This document shows, in pieces, positions 36,420-38,471 of a stretch of 38,471 bases of DNA (the stretch's first letter is position 1; the number at the start of each line of letters is the position of its first letter). The notes under the pieces were generated by a model. The model was not told the DNA's origin. It searched no databases and saw only the letters and a list, made by a program, of their open reading frames with translations. A program made the translations under genes and the position numbers. Origin of the DNA: Lachnospira sp. (GTDB lineage Bacteria > Bacillota > Clostridia > Lachnospirales > Lachnospiraceae); the NCBI GenBank assembly GCA_017397445.1, contig JAFQIQ010000187.1, forward strand, positions 1 to 38,471. Direction: 5' to 3'.

Positions 36420-37892
36420 TTGATAAGGTTTGAGGGCAGAATTGTTCAGTTTGGATTTGGTGCAGTAGGAAAAAGTTTTTATGAAAAATTATCTAAAGAG
36501 ATAAAATATGATGAAAACAGCTATTTTGTAATAACTAAAGATGCAGCCGAATTTCAGGCATATGTTAATCTGGGTGGCGTTGTATCTAATTTTGTGGTGG
36601 CTGATGTAACTAAAGATAATTATAGAGACGTGTTTGGTCACTTTTTGAAATCCGGTGATTTGCTGGTGGATTTCGCGGACACTGTGGGAACAAGGGATAT
36701 CTGCGACTGGTGTGCCCACAATAATATTATGTATATCAATACGGGGGAGGCAGACTGGCCGGATAATTGGTACAGTATATTTACAGAGAATGAATTAAAA
36801 AATGCTTTGAAGATGAAATGCAGTCAGGATGGAGCGGTCAACAAGTATCCAATAGTGGTGCATCATGGTAATAATCCCGGACTGGTCTCACATTTTGTCA
36901 AAGCGGCTATGGAATATATTGTTCATTCACAATTTAAAAAAGATAAGAAGTTGAAAGCGCTTGTTAAGGCAGGCCGGTTTAATGAAGTGGCGAGAAGTCT
37001 TGGGATAAGGATGATTCATGTAAATGATATTGATTTGCAGGAGGTCAGGAGTGAGTATAGTGCTGACAAACTTTTCAGTACATGGTGCACAGATTCTTTC
37101 TGGTTTGAAATGCTTAGTGAGGCTACTATGAATATTGGAACTCATGAGAAAGTGGATTATGAAGATGAGTGCAATTTTGTGAATTATGAGAAGGGGTTCT
37201 TGGAATTTAAGAAGATTGCAGCTGATAAAAAATGCCGTACTTACTATCCAGGAGGTGTGTTTGACGGTTTTTTGGTTCCGCATGAAGAAACTGTTTCTAT
37301 AGCGAAGAGTCTGGAAGTTAAGGAAGATGAGACTGTTGTTTACAGACCTACCGTGGTGTTTTTGTATTCGCCCTGCGTTTATGCAACTGAGTATTTTAAA
37401 AGTGCTAAAGTTAATGAATATCCTGAACCGGACATGACCAAACCGTTAGACTGTGAAAATGATAATGGTAAGACTATTGTCAGAGGTTATGTGTATCCGC
37501 AGAATTTTGAAATTGTATATCAGGAGCAGTTGGCAGCAGGAACGGAGTATGTGGGAGTGCTGCTTATAGGTGATAATTTTGAGCCGGTGTGGGTTGGAAA
37601 CAGGATTGAAGCCTCGTATTTATATAAGAATAAAAAGGATTCTTACTGGCAGACACCTACTATTACGCCGGTTGCGATGTCTGCGCTGGCAGCAGTCTGC
37701 TGGATGATAAGAAATAAGGAAAAAGGCGGAATATACTTTCCTGATGATATTCCGGATTATGGATATATCATAAAGACAGCTGAAAAATACATATCTAAAA
37801 CCATATACAGGACATTTTCGAAAAAAGAGCTGGAAGAAGCACTGAATATTGATTTTGGGAATTTGCAGATGAAGGACACATTTGTAAAATAA
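36420..37892 (+). CDS. hss: Homospermidine synthase-like NAD-dependent enzyme (saccharopine dehydrogenase fold)
   Basis: TTG start after GAGGT; IVQFGFGAVG, GNNPGLVSHFVK, STW...FE, GFLVPHEE, YRPT...YSPC, GTEYVGVLL parallel bacterial HSS motifs. Confidence 0.78.
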   Translation: MIRFEGRIVQFGFGAVGKSFYEKLSKEIKYDENSYFVITKDAAEFQAYVNLGGVVSNFVVADVTKDNYRDVFGHFLKSGDLLVDFADTVGTRDICDWCAHNNIMYINTGEADWPDNWYSIFTENELKNALKMKCSQDGAVNKYPIVVHHGNNPGLVSHFVKAAMEYIVHSQFKKDKKLKALVKAGRFNEVARSLGIRMIHVNDIDLQEVRSEYSADKLFSTWCTDSFWFEMLSEATMNIGTHEKVDYEDECNFVNYEKGFLEFKKIAADKKCRTYYPGGVFDGFLVPHEETVSIAKSLEVKEDETVVYRPTVVFLYSPCVYATEYFKSAKVNEYPEPDMTKPLDCENDNGKTIVRGYVYPQNFEIVYQEQLAAGTEYVGVLLIGDNFEPVWVGNRIEASYLYKNKKDSYWQTPTITPVAMSALAAVCWMIRNKEKGGIYFPDDIPDYGYIIKTAEKYISKTIYRTFSKKELEEALNIDFGNLQMKDTFVK

Positions 37893-37908
37893 TATATTTT
37901 GACAAAGA

Positions 37909-37937
37909 TTGCGTAAATATTATGCAGGTGTTATAAT
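37909..37937 (+). promoter_or_regulatory. Sigma70 promoter of lemA
   Basis: TTGCGT-17 bp-TATAAT with extended TG. Confidence 0.6.
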
Positions 37938-37966
37938 TCCATTATAATTTTATATGGAGGATGTTT

Positions 37967-38471
37967 ATGGAAGGATGGATTGTTGGTATCATTATTGTGG
38001 CTATTCTTGTAATTGTTGTGGGTTTCGTAATTGTTACATATAATAGTCTGGTGCGTATGAGAAATGCAGTTAAGAATTCTTTTGCGCAGATTGACACACA
38101 GTTGCAAAGAAGGTTTGATCTGATACCGAATTTGGTAGATACAGTTAAAGGATTTGCGGCTCACGAAAAGGAACTGTTGGAAAATGTTACTGCCAGCCGA
38201 AGCGGATATTTGAATGCAGGCTCAAGTGCAGAGAAGATTGCTATGAATAAACAGTTAACTGCAGGATTAAATGCGTTGTTTATGGCGGCAGAGAATTATC
38301 CGCAATTGAAGGCGGATGTGAACTTTTTAAGATTGCAGGATGAGTTATCGGAGACAGAAGACAAGATTGCGTACTCAAGACAGTTTTATAATGACGCAGT
38401 GACTATTTATAATAATAAGATGCAGATGTTCCCAGGTAACATAATAGCAGGTATGTTTGGATTTACTCAGG
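37967..38471 (+). CDS. lemA: LemA family protein, 3' end beyond window (absent from the ORF track)
   Basis: RBS GGAGG; [11 protein letters not shown]...[52 protein letters not shown]. Confidence 0.93.
   Translation, partial: MEGWIVGIIIVAILVIVVGFVIVTYNSLVRMRNAVKNSFAQIDTQLQRRFDLIPNLVDTVKGFAAHEKELLENVTASRSGYLNAGSSAEKIAMNKQLTAGLNALFMAAENYPQLKADVNFLRLQDELSETEDKIAYSRQFYNDAVTIYNNKMQMFPGNIIAGMFGFTQ

Noticed and set aside
37931-38164. 77-aa minus-strand ORF
   Set aside because: Antisense to the clear lemA frame.

Overview
Chromosomal segment of a low-GC Firmicute; the gene content looks Lachnospiraceae/Clostridiales-like (inference). 1-15.9 kb is mostly housekeeping: 3' part of tRNA-Phe, GGDEF protein, DEDDh exonuclease, an unannotated 35-aa membrane peptide, AIR-synthase-like/Lrp/aminotransferase/cheX/trmL, a two-component pair whose regulator carries an internal amber stop, mutS2, a catalytically degenerate HtrA-like protein, yhaM and rlmD. 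The rlmD 3' end is duplicated at 23086, bracketing a ~7.2 kb recombinase-less island: HTH, chimeric hsdM-XRE pseudogene, AlbA_2/Schlafen-type ATP-binding protein, and an intact SF1 helicase + PIN-like gene pair (candidate defence system). An RloB fragment follows. Downstream are an orphan BaiG-like bile-acid transporter divergent from ahpC/ahpF-like genes, pfk, DUF6054, CapA, DUF1538 + tandem P-II, a transglutaminase-dockerin protein, a compact three-gene operon (glutathionylspermidine-synthetase-like ATP-grasp, unknown protein, homospermidine synthase-like) and a truncated lemA. The best candidates for an undescribed system are the ATP-grasp/unknown/HSS operon and the helicase-PIN pair. All family assignments come from motif recognition by eye; no searches were run.
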